From positions 1,843-65,842 of the forward strand of contig JBJXGY010000208.1 of the NCBI GenBank assembly GCA_046160185.1: DNA of 64,000 bases, given 5' to 3'. Of this stretch, positions 36,374 through 45,783 are shown piece by piece; positions within the stretch are counted from its first letter, which is position 1; every line of letters begins with the position of its first letter. The notes under the pieces are model-generated. The model searched no databases. It saw only the letters and a program-made list of their open reading frames with translations, and was not told where the DNA came from. The stretch comes from Gaiella sp. Lineage in GTDB: Bacteria > Actinomycetota > Thermoleophilia > Gaiellales > Gaiellaceae. The translations under genes were made by a program, and so were the position numbers.

Positions 36374-37349
36374 TCGCGTCTTCCCGCAGCCGGCGCACCG
36401 CCAGCCCGGTCAGGGCCTCCCGAACCACCCGCTCGGCGACGAGCGCCGTGATGTCTGCTGAGCCGATCGCGGTCGGTGCCACCTCCACCACGTCCAGGCC
36501 GACGAGATCGACGGACGACGCGACCGTCCGCACGGCCCACAGCAGGTCGGCGCTCGTCATCCCGCCGGGCTCGGGTGTGCCGGTGCCAGGGGCGAACGCC
36601 GGGTCGAGCACGTCCACGTCCACACTCAGGAAGACGGGCCCGGCGCCTACTGCCGTCATCGCCTGCTCCACCACCAGGCGGATCCCGAGCTCGCGCACGT
36701 CGTGCATAAAGAAGCTCGTGATGCCATGGTCACGCTGCCAGGCGAACTCGGCCTCGCCGGGCCAGTAGCCGCGGAGCCCGATCTGGACGTAGCGGGCTCC
36801 CGGAACGTGCCCGTCACGGACGAGCCGGTACATGGGTGTTCCGTGCGAGAACTCGACCCCGAACACCTCGGTCCCGGTGTCGGTGTGCGTGTCGAAATGG
36901 ATGAGGCCGACGGGCCCGTGGATCCGCGAAAGCGCGCGCACCTCGGGCTCGGTGATCGAGTGGTCGCCGCCGAGCACGACCGGCAGCGTCCGCGTGCCCG
37001 CCACCTCGGTCACGATCGCCTCGATCGCGGCGTGCGAGCGCACCGGGTCGGCCGGCACCACGGCGGCATCGCCGTAGTCGACGACTCGCAACGCGGCAGA
37101 CCAGTCGACTCCGGCCTCGAGGTGCGGGCCCGGCGGGCAGCTCGCCGCCCTGATTGCGCGCGGGCCGTGCCGCGTCCCTCCGATCTCGGAGACGAGATCG
37201 TCCATCGGCGCCCCGACCACGGCGACATCCACCGCGTCGAGCTCGGCCGGATCGTCCGTGTACGGCAGTCCCGAGTACGTGAGGAGCCCGGCGTAGTCGG
37301 GCTTGTCCGGCAGTCCCGCCTCCCGCCAGCGGCGCACCGGGTCGATCAC
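36366..37349 (-). CDS. arginase-family hydrolase (agmatinase-like)
   Basis: Mn-binding motifs GGDHSIT, FDTHTD and SVDVDVLDPAFAPGTGTPEPGG. Confidence 0.88.
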   Translation of the reverse strand: MIDPVRRWREAGLPDKPDYAGLLTYSGLPYTDDPAELDAVDVAVVGAPMDDLVSEIGGTRHGPRAIRAASCPPGPHLEAGVDWSAALRVVDYGDAAVVPADPVRSHAAIEAIVTEVAGTRTLPVVLGGDHSITEPEVRALSRIHGPVGLIHFDTHTDTGTEVFGVEFSHGTPMYRLVRDGHVPGARYVQIGLRGYWPGEAEFAWQRDHGITSFFMHDVRELGIRLVVEQAMTAVGAGPVFLSVDVDVLDPAFAPGTGTPEPGGMTSADLLWAVRTVASSVDLVGLDVVEVAPTAIGSADITALVAERVVREALTGLAVRRLREDAIS

Positions 37350-38065
37350 GCGAGTGCCTCGGCTACGTGCTGTCGCAGGAGCCCGACGCTCAGACCCGCC
37401 GGGCTCTCACCGAGCACCGACGTCGCGATCCTCTCGGCGTCGGCGATCACGCGCTCGCGCTCGACCTGGAGCCGTCCACGCGCCACTGTGAGGGAGGCGC
37501 GGGCATGGCTCCCCCACTCCTCGACGGACTCGACCGTGTCGGGAGGCGATGACGGTGTGCCGGCGGCAGGCACATACGGTGTCCTCGCGATGGCGTCGTG
37601 GGTGGCGTGGGCTTCGCGAACCAGCTCCGTTGACTCCGCCTCGAGCTGCTCACGGTGTCGGCCGAGCCCCGCGAGCTCCGCGTCGATGCGGGTCACCCGA
37701 GCCTTGCCGTCGTCTCGCCGCTCTCGCTCCGTGTGCTCCTGCGAGCGCGCGAGCGCGAGCTCGCGTTCGTTCGGGCGCCGCTCCCGCTCGAGCTTGTCCA
37801 GTCGTGCCGCCGCCTGTGCAAGCTCACCTTCGATCTCTGCAAGGTCGGCCTGCGCCTCCGCCATCAGCTTCACGAGCCTGTTCTGTTCCTCGGGGAGCGC
37901 AGCCAGAGCGGCCGCCGTCTCTCCTGCGCGCTCCCGGACAACCGCGACCGTGGCGAGCAGAGCGCCCACGGCTTGCAGATCGACCGCCAGCGAACCGTCG
38001 CGCTTCACCAGCTCCTCGAGCGCGTCCAGGACCTCGGAGCTACCCATCGATCGAGTATCGCGCAT
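37346..38065 (-). CDS. hypothetical coiled-coil protein
   Basis: Long Glu/Arg/Ala-rich heptad-like region. GTGA-coupled to the arginase-family gene. Confidence 0.55.
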   Translation of the reverse strand: MRDTRSMGSSEVLDALEELVKRDGSLAVDLQAVGALLATVAVVRERAGETAAALAALPEEQNRLVKLMAEAQADLAEIEGELAQAAARLDKLERERRPNERELALARSQEHTERERRDDGKARVTRIDAELAGLGRHREQLEAESTELVREAHATHDAIARTPYVPAAGTPSSPPDTVESVEEWGSHARASLTVARGRLQVERERVIADAERIATSVLGESPAGLSVGLLRQHVAEALA

Positions 38066-38141
38066 TCGACACGTGGACGGCGACTCGGCGATTCACGACG
38101 TACGGGCCGGCGTGGCACGCTGCCAGCCCGAGGGGACAGCC

Positions 38142-38474
38142 TCAGCGGTCGCCGACCACGCCCTCTGCCCGCAGGGCTTCGAGCACCGCCGTCTGGGCCG
38201 GCTGGAGATCACGCCGGCGCACGGCCGACCGCTCGAGCACCTCAGCCAGGGAGGCGTGCCGCTGCACCGAGGACGCCAGGCCCTGGGTGTAGGCGAGCCA
38301 GCCGCGAGACGTGTGTTCGACGGTCAGGAGCCGGCCGTCGTGGAAGCGGACGAGCACGGCGGCTCCCCCGATGAACGTCGCGTCGGCGGCCGGTGTGGGC
38401 GCAGGACGGCGGGCAACTTCCCGGTACCTGGTGCGGCCGAGAGCAAGGGGCGTGGCGGCGAGGAGCGAGGACAT
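38142..38474 (-). CDS. hypothetical protein (110 aa)
   Basis: ATG 38474 is preceded by GGAGG at a spacing of 5 nt. The upstream part of the 490-aa ORF is Arg/Gly-rich junk that runs through the tRNA. Confidence 0.5.
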   Translation of the reverse strand: MSSLLAATPLALGRTRYREVARRPAPTPAADATFIGGAAVLVRFHDGRLLTVEHTSRGWLAYTQGLASSVQRHASLAEVLERSAVRRRDLQPAQTAVLEALRAEGVVGDR

Positions 38475-38586
38475 CGAGACCTCCGGCGGCTGAGCGATTC
38501 GATCCCGGCGTTGCGGGACCGGGACAGAAACGTCTGTCCGCCGGATTGAGCGAGAAGAGCCGTCGAAAATACAACGGACAGCAAGA

Positions 38587-38657
38587 AGGCGACGAGCGGA
38601 TTCGAACCGCTGTGCAAGGCTTTGCAGGCCTCTGCCTAACCACTCGGCCACGTCGCC
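38587..38657 (-). tRNA. tRNA-Cys (GCA)
   Basis: Manual fold of GGCGACGTGGCCGAGTGGTTAGGCAGAGGCCTGCAAAGCCTTGCACAGCGGTTCGAATCCGCTCGTCGCCT. It gives a 7-bp acceptor stem, anticodon loop CU-GCA-AA, a TTCGAAT T-loop and U73 discriminator. CCA is not encoded. Confidence 0.9.
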
Positions 38658-38747
38658 GCGCCCGAATTCATCGTAGCCGGGCCGGAAACGAGCAGCGGCG
38701 CACACTCGAACCGGCCCTGTACAGATCCCTAACAGCGCATCGCTACC

Positions 38748-40550
38748 GTGGCGCGGATGAGCGCCCGCGTCCCGCTCCGCGCGATCTCGGCCGTGGGCGC
38801 CGCCTGCGCTGCCGCTGCGCTCGCGATCGGGTATGGCTCCGCGGATGCGCAGGGTGACGCGTGCGCCCTTCCCTCCACCGGGCCGGCGTGGATCGAGTAC
38901 GGCGAGGGCTCGGTGCCGCCCACCGTGCGGGCGGTCTTCCAGCGTCCCGGTGTCGCGGTCGCCGCCAGCGGTGCGGCGATCCCGAGGACGTACCGCGCCA
39001 AGGGGGCGGCGACCGTGTTCTTCGTGCTCAAGCTGCCGCGCTGGGCCGGGACGCCGGCGAAACCCGCCGACCCGGCCGGGATCGCCGCCGCCGCCGATCG
39101 CCTGTACGCACAGGCGGTCGCCTCGACGGGCTGTGACAGGCCGTGGATCGGGCTCAACGAGCTCTCCGGCCCCGCCGCGAAGACGCCCTGGTCGCCCACC
39201 ACGACGACCTATAGACAGAACATCCTGGGCCTGATGCAAGGCCTCGCGGCGAAGGGCGTTACGCCCGTCCTCTTCATTCACGGAACCCCCTTCGTCGCAG
39301 GCGAAGCAGCGACGTGGTGGCAGCAGGCCGCCGCCGCCGGGATCCTCGCCTACGAGTCGTACTACAAGGCGCCGAACGTCCACGGGCTGGGACGCATCCT
39401 CGGCCCGAGACGCGTGCGGCTCGGCATGCGCTCTGTGATCCGCCTCTTCACCACCGCCGGCATCCCGCGGGAGCGGCTCGGTCTCGTGCTCGGCTTCCAG
39501 GTCAAACCCGGCACCTTCGGGCGGGAGGGGCTGCAGCCCTCCCAGGCCTGGTTCCGGTTCGTGAAGTGGAACGCGCTCGCGGCCAAGCAGGTGACGAGCG
39601 AGGAGAAGCTTCACTCCGTCTGGTCGTGGGGCTGGGGCAACCTGTCGGCTCAGGCCGTCGACCCGGACAAGCCCGCAGCCGCCTGTGTCTACCTCTGGGC
39701 GCGCGACGCGTCTCTCTGCGACGGCGTCAAGGCGGCGGGGCCGGGTTTCGACCGCTCACGGGTCGAAGGGCTGATCGTGATCCCGAACGGCGTGCAATGC
39801 ATCTCGGCGGCGGGCAAGCTGGGTGCGAAGGCGATCGGTGACCTCGCCAGACTGACCGGCGACCGCAAGGTCGCGCTCGACGCGCTGTTCGCCCGGCACG
39901 CGCTGCGCAAGGCAGTGCCGCTGACCAACGCCGAGCTGGCAGCAGCGGAGCAGCAGGTGATCGCCGCCGCCTTCGCCGGATCGCGGGACGCCTACCTCGA
40001 CGCTCTCGCCCAGCGGCAGGCGTCGCCGGCGACTGCGCTCGGCATCCTCGGCGACGAGCTCCGCCGCCAGAAGCTCGCCGCGACCGCGGCCGCCACCCCG
40101 GGCCAGACGGCCCTGCTCGTGGCAGCCGACCGCACGCTCGCGGAGCTCGACACGACGACCTGCCTGCGCGACGACCTTCCCGGAATCAACAACTTCCCAC
40201 GCTCGGACCGGCGCGAGCTCGGCGTCGTCCCGCTCGCCGGCTACCTTCCGTTCCTCCGGGCCGACGCGACGCCGCCCCTCACCCCGGCCATTCCGACCGC
40301 CGCGGTGGCCAGCGGGATCGTCACGCTCGACTGGCCGGACGGGCTGGAGACCGACCTTGCGGGATACCACGTGTACCGTCTCCTGCCCACCGACCCCGCT
40401 CCGGTGCGCCTCACCCTTCAGCCCCATCCGCGGTCGCTCTTCGAGGATCCCACGCTGCAGGTCGGGCAGAGCGCGATCTACACCGTGCGGGCGATCGACA
40501 CCTCGGCCAACGAGAGCGCTCCGACACCCGACCTCCCCGTCGCGCGCTGA
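38748..40550 (+). CDS. secreted hypothetical protein with C-terminal FN3-like domain
   Basis: Signal-peptide-like N-terminus. The C-terminus VTLDWPDGLETDLAGYHVYR...YTVRAIDTSANES is FN3-like. Confidence 0.65.
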   Translation: MARMSARVPLRAISAVGAACAAAALAIGYGSADAQGDACALPSTGPAWIEYGEGSVPPTVRAVFQRPGVAVAASGAAIPRTYRAKGAATVFFVLKLPRWAGTPAKPADPAGIAAAADRLYAQAVASTGCDRPWIGLNELSGPAAKTPWSPTTTTYRQNILGLMQGLAAKGVTPVLFIHGTPFVAGEAATWWQQAAAAGILAYESYYKAPNVHGLGRILGPRRVRLGMRSVIRLFTTAGIPRERLGLVLGFQVKPGTFGREGLQPSQAWFRFVKWNALAAKQVTSEEKLHSVWSWGWGNLSAQAVDPDKPAAACVYLWARDASLCDGVKAAGPGFDRSRVEGLIVIPNGVQCISAAGKLGAKAIGDLARLTGDRKVALDALFARHALRKAVPLTNAELAAAEQQVIAAAFAGSRDAYLDALAQRQASPATALGILGDELRRQKLAATAAATPGQTALLVAADRTLAELDTTTCLRDDLPGINNFPRSDRRELGVVPLAGYLPFLRADATPPLTPAIPTAAVASGIVTLDWPDGLETDLAGYHVYRLLPTDPAPVRLTLQPHPRSLFEDPTLQVGQSAIYTVRAIDTSANESAPTPDLPVAR

Positions 40551-40579
40551 ACGTCCTCGGCTGCTTCTACCCTTCGACC

Positions 40580-40777
40580 ATGGAGCCCGTGGCGACGACC
40601 GTGGCCGATACCCCTCCTCCGGCCGCGGCGCCGACCCCGGGCAGCCACGCCGCGACCGAGCCCTGCTGGCGCTGCGGCGCCGGCATGGAGTGGCGGCACG
40701 GCACCTTCCAGTGCCCTCGCTGCAGGTTCAAGATCGGGTGCTGCGAAGGTCCCACGGCGGAGTGCCGCCCGGATTGA
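40580..40777 (+). CDS. small zinc-ribbon protein (65 aa)
   Basis: CWRC...CPRC pairs with high GC3. No family recognised. Confidence 0.45.
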   Translation: MEPVATTVADTPPPAAAPTPGSHAATEPCWRCGAGMEWRHGTFQCPRCRFKIGCCEGPTAECRPD

Positions 40778-40829
40778 GCGACACCTCCATTATGCTCTGC
40801 TAATTTGCGATTCTTCCATAATCACACAG

Positions 40830-41375
40830 ATGCCGTCCGCGATCACGATCAGGCGTGTCCTCCCCGAGGAATGGAAGCTCTGGCGGGACGTGCGGCTTCG
40901 CATGCTGCGGGACGACGCCGACTTCTTCTCCTCACGGTACGAGGATGCCGTGCGCGACCCGGACGAGCGCTGGCGCGCGTGGGTAGCCGCCACCGCAGAC
41001 GAGAGCTCGCAGAGGGCGCTGTTCTGCGCCGATCCCGGCGACGGCCCGTGGCTCGGGGTGGTCGGCGCGTTCGTCCGGGTCGATCCGTCCGAAGCGCAGC
41101 TGATCTCGATGTGGGTGTCGCCCGACGCGCGCGGGAGCGGCATCGCCAAGCGACTGATCGCGGCCGTCGGCGACTGGGCAGGTGCGCAGGGCTGCCGTGA
41201 CGTCGTGCTGTTCGTGCAGGAGGCGAACCAGCCTGCCCACCGCGTGTATCGGCAGTTAGGATTCGAGGCCACCGGCGACCGGGCGCCCATCGGCGGTGGC
41301 CGCACCGGGTTCAAACTCGTGCTGCGAGCGCCCGCCGCCCACCTCTCGTCCTTCACGACCAAGGAGACCCCATGA
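40830..41375 (+). CDS. GNAT family N-acetyltransferase
   Basis: Acetyl-CoA motif VSPDARGSGIAKRLI and C-terminal YRQLGFE. Confidence 0.85.
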   Translation: MPSAITIRRVLPEEWKLWRDVRLRMLRDDADFFSSRYEDAVRDPDERWRAWVAATADESSQRALFCADPGDGPWLGVVGAFVRVDPSEAQLISMWVSPDARGSGIAKRLIAAVGDWAGAQGCRDVVLFVQEANQPAHRVYRQLGFEATGDRAPIGGGRTGFKLVLRAPAAHLSSFTTKETP

Positions 41376-41791
41376 GCAATCGCGTCGCGATCCAGGCCGG
41401 CCGCTTCCGCTTCGGGGGTCGGTTCGAGGACGAGGCTGCACCGCGCACCACCGCGCTCTTCCGCACGATGCTGCCCTACCGCGCGAAGATCATCCAGGCT
41501 CGCTGGAGCGGCTTCGCCGCCTGGATCCCCATGGGCTACGGCAACGACCTCGCGCTGCCGCCCGAGAACGCCACGGCCGTGCCCCTGCCCGGGCAGGTAC
41601 TCATCTACCCAGGCGGGGTCTCCGAGACGGAGATCCTCTTCCCGTACGGCCCCACGGTGTTTTCGAGCGTTGCCGGTGTGCTCGCGGGCAACCACTTCCT
41701 CACGGTCGACGAGGGCACGGAGCAGTTCGCGGAGCTCGGCCGCACCGTGCAGTGGGAGGGTGCTCAGGACGTCGTCTTCGAGCTCGCCTGA
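41372..41791 (+). CDS. DUF3830-like (cyclophilin-like fold) protein
   Basis: ATGA-coupled to the GNAT gene. The sequence pattern is recalled from DUF3830-type proteins, but the family call is tentative. Confidence 0.45.
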   Translation: MSNRVAIQAGRFRFGGRFEDEAAPRTTALFRTMLPYRAKIIQARWSGFAAWIPMGYGNDLALPPENATAVPLPGQVLIYPGGVSETEILFPYGPTVFSSVAGVLAGNHFLTVDEGTEQFAELGRTVQWEGAQDVVFELA

Positions 41792-41877
41792 CCGTGATGC
41801 GGCTCGATGGCCGCGTTCGCGTTCGGTAGCCCGGAACACGTCGGATCGCGTGGGCACGCTCGTTACGATCAACGCAC

Positions 41878-44376
41878 ATGCCCGAGGGAGCACAGTCGCC
41901 GATCGTGATCCGTGCCGACGACATCGCGGCGCTGATCGCCGACCCGCGCCTCGTCTTCGAGGGGCTACCGGTGCTCCCGTATGTCGACGTGATCGGCGCC
42001 ACCGACCGCCGGCACGTGATCGCCGGCGCCGTCGAGGAGGTGCTCGGGCTCTCGGCGGCGGAGTACGAGGAAGCAACCCACGAGGAACTCCTGGCGATGG
42101 CCGTGCCGGAGGACCGCCCCACCCTCGAGTCGATGCCGGATCGTCATCGCCGGCAACTCGGTGAGCTGCTCACGATCACGTACCGCATGGTCGGCCGCTC
42201 CGGGCATACACGCTGGTTCCGCGACGTCTCACGAGCGAGCCTCGCCGAGGACGGCACGCTCGTCGTCCGCGGTGTGATGATCGACGTCACCGCCGAGAAG
42301 CAGTCCGAGCTCGCCCTCGCAGCCGCAGAGTCGCTGAGCCGCCAGGTCATCTCCAGCGCCGACGTCGGAATCGTCGTCCTCGATCTCGATCTCCGCTATC
42401 GCATCTGGAACCGCTACGTCGAGGAGCTGTCCGACCACACCGTGTCGCTCGCGCTCGGACTCACACCGGAAGAGGCATACGCACCCTCCCCTCCCCCGTT
42501 CGTCGACTACATGGGCAAGCTGCGCCGGGCGCTGGACGGTGAGGTCGTGACGATCGCCGACGCACAGCTGCATCTGCTGCCGGACGGAACGCAGCGCTAC
42601 GGCCACGTGACGGCGACGCCGCTTCGTGACGACAGCGACGCGGTGGTCGGCGTGCTCGTCCTCAACCGTGACGTCACCGCCCGCGAGCTCGCCGAGCAGA
42701 CGTTGAAGCGGCGCGATCTGATCCTCGACGCCGTCAGCCTCGTCGCGCGGCTGCTGCTGGAGCAGCGATTGGAGGACTGCGCACAACAGGTGCTGGCGCT
42801 GCTCGGGGAGGCGGTCAGCGCGAGCAGGGCCGCGATCTTCGCGTTCGAGCAGGTCGGGGGCTGGATCACGGAGCGGCAGCTGTGGGAATGGTGCGCCGAG
42901 GGGATCCCGCACGACGTGTGGGACGACTACGTCGTGGAAGGGTCGGCTCTCGAGGGGATCCACAACGAGCTCCGGGCGGGCAACGCTCTCCACGGCCCGA
43001 TCGACAGGCTGCCCGTGGCGATCCGGCCGCGGCTCCGCGAGGCGGGTGTCCGTTCGGCGGTGTTCGTCCCGATCTTCGTGGACGGCCGCCTGTGGGGAAC
43101 CCTCGATTTCGACGACTGCGTAAGCGAACGCGTCTGGAGCGCAGCCGAGATCGACGCCATGCGGACGGCCACCAGCGTCCTCGGCGCCGGTCTCGCGCGA
43201 CAACGCGCCGAGGAGGCGCTCCGCGAGAGCGAGTCGCTCCGCGGTCACTCGCAGCGCATGGAGGCCGTCGGACGCCTCGCCGGCGGGCTCGCACACGATT
43301 TCAACAACCTGCTCACGGTGATCCACGGCCACCTCGACCTGGCCCGAGCCCAGCTGCCTGCCGACAGCGAGTCGCTGGCCGACCTCGACCAGATCGCGCT
43401 CGCCGCCGACCGCGCCTCGACGCTCACGCGGCAGCTGCTCACGTTCTCCAGACGGCAGGTGATCCAGCGACGGGTCGTCGACCTCAACGCGGTGATCGGC
43501 GAGATCGATGCGATGCTCGAACAGATGCTCGACGAGCGCGTCGAGCTGCAGTTCAAGCTCACCCCGGAGCACATCCGCGTCGTCTGCGATGCCGCACAGG
43601 TGCAGCAGGTGCTCGTCAACCTCGTCGTCAACGCCGGCGACGCGATGCCAGACGGTGGGCAGATCGAGATCGAAACGGCGATCGAGGCGACGGCGCCGGG
43701 CGAGCCCCGGCGGGTGCTGCTCGCCGTCACCGACACCGGCGGCGGCATCGACGAGTCGATTCGCCCGCACATCTTCGAGCCGTTCTTCACCACCAAGCCG
43801 CGCGGCGAGGGGGTAGGGCTGGGCCTCGCCACGGTCCACGGCATCGTGACCGGCGCCGGCGGCGAGATCTCGATCGACTCGACCACGGGCTGGGGTACGA
43901 CGTTCCTCGTCCGCTTCCCCGAGGCCCAGGAGCCTGTGACGATGACGGACGACGTCGACGCGGGACACGGCGAGATCTCGCACCGCGGGACGGAGCGAGT
44001 CCTCGTCGTCGAGGACGAAGCCTCAGTGCGGTTGCTCGTGCAGACCGTGCTCGAGAAGCGTGGGTACACCGTGTTCGCCGCCTCGGACGGCATCGAGGGG
44101 CTCGGCATCGCGCGTGCTCACGGTGCCAGCCTCGATCTCGTCGTCACGGACGTGGTGATGCCGCGGATGAGCGGCCGCGAGCTCGCCGACAGGTTGCGGC
44201 GGGAGCTCCCCGACCTCCCGGTCGTGATGATGTCCGGCTACACCGACGGCGAGTTCGCGCCGCGAACCCCGCTCGATCCGTCGATCCCGTTCCTGCAGAA
44301 AGCCTTCAGTCCGGCCGAGCTGGCCCGGACGGTGCGCGAGACCCTGGACGTGGCGGCCGCGGAACGGGCCGTGTGA
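41878..44376 (+). CDS. hybrid sensor histidine kinase/response regulator (PAS/GAF-HisKA-HATPase-REC)
   Basis: H-box HDFNNLL, N-box NLVVNAGDAM, G-boxes DTGGGI and GVGLGLA, and a receiver domain VLVVEDE...VVTDVVMPRMSG. Confidence 0.9.
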   Translation: MPEGAQSPIVIRADDIAALIADPRLVFEGLPVLPYVDVIGATDRRHVIAGAVEEVLGLSAAEYEEATHEELLAMAVPEDRPTLESMPDRHRRQLGELLTITYRMVGRSGHTRWFRDVSRASLAEDGTLVVRGVMIDVTAEKQSELALAAAESLSRQVISSADVGIVVLDLDLRYRIWNRYVEELSDHTVSLALGLTPEEAYAPSPPPFVDYMGKLRRALDGEVVTIADAQLHLLPDGTQRYGHVTATPLRDDSDAVVGVLVLNRDVTARELAEQTLKRRDLILDAVSLVARLLLEQRLEDCAQQVLALLGEAVSASRAAIFAFEQVGGWITERQLWEWCAEGIPHDVWDDYVVEGSALEGIHNELRAGNALHGPIDRLPVAIRPRLREAGVRSAVFVPIFVDGRLWGTLDFDDCVSERVWSAAEIDAMRTATSVLGAGLARQRAEEALRESESLRGHSQRMEAVGRLAGGLAHDFNNLLTVIHGHLDLARAQLPADSESLADLDQIALAADRASTLTRQLLTFSRRQVIQRRVVDLNAVIGEIDAMLEQMLDERVELQFKLTPEHIRVVCDAAQVQQVLVNLVVNAGDAMPDGGQIEIETAIEATAPGEPRRVLLAVTDTGGGIDESIRPHIFEPFFTTKPRGEGVGLGLATVHGIVTGAGGEISIDSTTGWGTTFLVRFPEAQEPVTMTDDVDAGHGEISHRGTERVLVVEDEASVRLLVQTVLEKRGYTVFAASDGIEGLGIARAHGASLDLVVTDVVMPRMSGRELADRLRRELPDLPVVMMSGYTDGEFAPRTPLDPSIPFLQKAFSPAELARTVRETLDVAAAERAV

Positions 44377-45656
44377 TCCGTCTCGCGCTCTCGCAGCTCG
44401 CCTCCGGGAGGCTCACGGCGGCATCGCTGCTGGAGAGGTTCCTGGCGGAGGTCGACGCCGACGAGGAGCGCATCAAGGCGTGGGTGGCGTTCGACGCGGA
44501 GCGGGCCAGGGCACTCGCGCGCGATCTCGACGCAATCCCCGCCGGGCACCGGGGGCCGTTGCACGGGATTCCGATCGGTGTCAAGGACATCTTCGACACC
44601 CACGACCTGCCGACGGAGTACGGCTCACCCATCTATGCCGGGCACCGCCCGGCGGCCGACAGCGCAGTCGTGGCACTCGCGCGCCGGGCCGGCATGCTCC
44701 TGCTCGGCAAGCTCGTGACGACGGAGTTCGCCGCCTGGCCGCCGGGGCCGACGACGAACCCGCACGATCCTGCGCGAACCCCCGGCGGCTCCTCGTCGGG
44801 CTCGGCGGCCGCGGTGGCGGCCGGCATGGTTCCCGTCGCGTTCGCTTCGCAGACCACAGGCTCGATCATCCGCCCGGCCGCATTCTGCGGCGTCGTCGGC
44901 TACAAGCCGACGCACGGCACGCTGCCCTGCGTCGGGGTGAAGGCGATCTCCGAGAGCTTCGACACCGTCGGCGTGATGGCCGCGTGCGTGGACGATGCGG
45001 CGCTGGTGGTGGAGACGCTCGCCCGGCGGACGCTGTCGAGCGCACCCGCCCGCGCCCCGCGGATCGGCGTGTGCTTCACGCACGAATGGCCCGCCGCCCT
45101 GCCCGAGACGGTGGCGCTGTTCGAGTCGCTGCCCGGCGAGCTGCGAGCGGCCGGAGCAGAGGTTCGCGAGGTCGAGCTGCCCGCGTCGTTCGCGTCGCTC
45201 GTGGACGCCCAGAACACGGTGTGGTCGTTCGAGATCGCCCGCTGCCTGGTCGACGAGCACGCCCGCTTCGCCGACCGGATCCGCGAGCCGCTGCAGACGA
45301 TGATCGCCGACGGCGGCCGCATTCCGGTCGCTGCCTACGACGAGGCCCGCCTGCGGATCACCGGCTGCGGGACAGAGCTGCCTGCCGTGCTCGCGGACGT
45401 CGACGTCCTCCTGACCCCGGCAGCGCCGGGCGAGGCACCTCCGGTGGCCACGACGGGCGATCCGATCTTCAACCGTGCCTGGTCGGCGCTCGGCGTCCCG
45501 GTCGTCAACCTGCCGGCCGGCCGTGGCCCCACCGGCCTCCCGCTCGGCGTCCAGCTTGTCGGGCTCCGCGGCCAGGACGCGGAATTGCTTTCAGCCGCCG
45601 GCTGGGTCGAGGCGGCGTTGCTGCGGGCAGGTCCTGCGCGGTCTGCTCACGAATGA
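44373..45656 (+). CDS. amidase (amidase-signature family)
   Basis: GIPIGVKD and GGSSSGSAAAVAAG signature motifs. GTG 44373 overlaps the kinase stop (GTGA). The upstream 1.5 kb of the long ORF overlaps the kinase gene in another frame. Confidence 0.88.
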   Translation: MIRLALSQLASGRLTAASLLERFLAEVDADEERIKAWVAFDAERARALARDLDAIPAGHRGPLHGIPIGVKDIFDTHDLPTEYGSPIYAGHRPAADSAVVALARRAGMLLLGKLVTTEFAAWPPGPTTNPHDPARTPGGSSSGSAAAVAAGMVPVAFASQTTGSIIRPAAFCGVVGYKPTHGTLPCVGVKAISESFDTVGVMAACVDDAALVVETLARRTLSSAPARAPRIGVCFTHEWPAALPETVALFESLPGELRAAGAEVREVELPASFASLVDAQNTVWSFEIARCLVDEHARFADRIREPLQTMIADGGRIPVAAYDEARLRITGCGTELPAVLADVDVLLTPAAPGEAPPVATTGDPIFNRAWSALGVPVVNLPAGRGPTGLPLGVQLVGLRGQDAELLSAAGWVEAALLRAGPARSAHE

Positions 45657-45677
45657 CCGACACCCGCGTAGGAAGGC

Positions 45678-45700
45678 ACAGGATCGGCGTCCGATCCTGT
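45678..45700 (+). terminator. hairpin after the amidase gene (10-bp stem ACAGGATCGG/CCGATCCTGT, loop CGT)
   Basis: Perfect inverted repeat 22 nt after the stop. No T-tract. Confidence 0.45.
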
Positions 45701-45783
45701 CCGTGAGCCCCTCGTCGGTTGCACAATCCGGTGCGGGGAGATACGGACGAGCCGGCTGCGAAGCCGCCGTTACGATCGCGGCG

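Noticed and set aside
38142-38747. tRNA-Cys as the integration site of a genomic island
   Set aside because: There is no integrase and no direct repeat of the tRNA 3' end. I saw no compositional shift in the flanking genes.
38475-39614. N-terminal 380 aa of the 490-aa minus-strand ORF
   Set aside because: It runs through tRNA-Cys and is antisense to the secreted-protein gene. Only the last 110 aa follow a good RBS (ATG 38474).
42229-43983. 584-aa minus-strand ORF and the 42882-44372 plus-strand ORF extension
   Set aside because: Both overlap the hybrid histidine kinase, which has complete H, N, G1 and G2 boxes. The amidase motifs begin only after GTG 44373.
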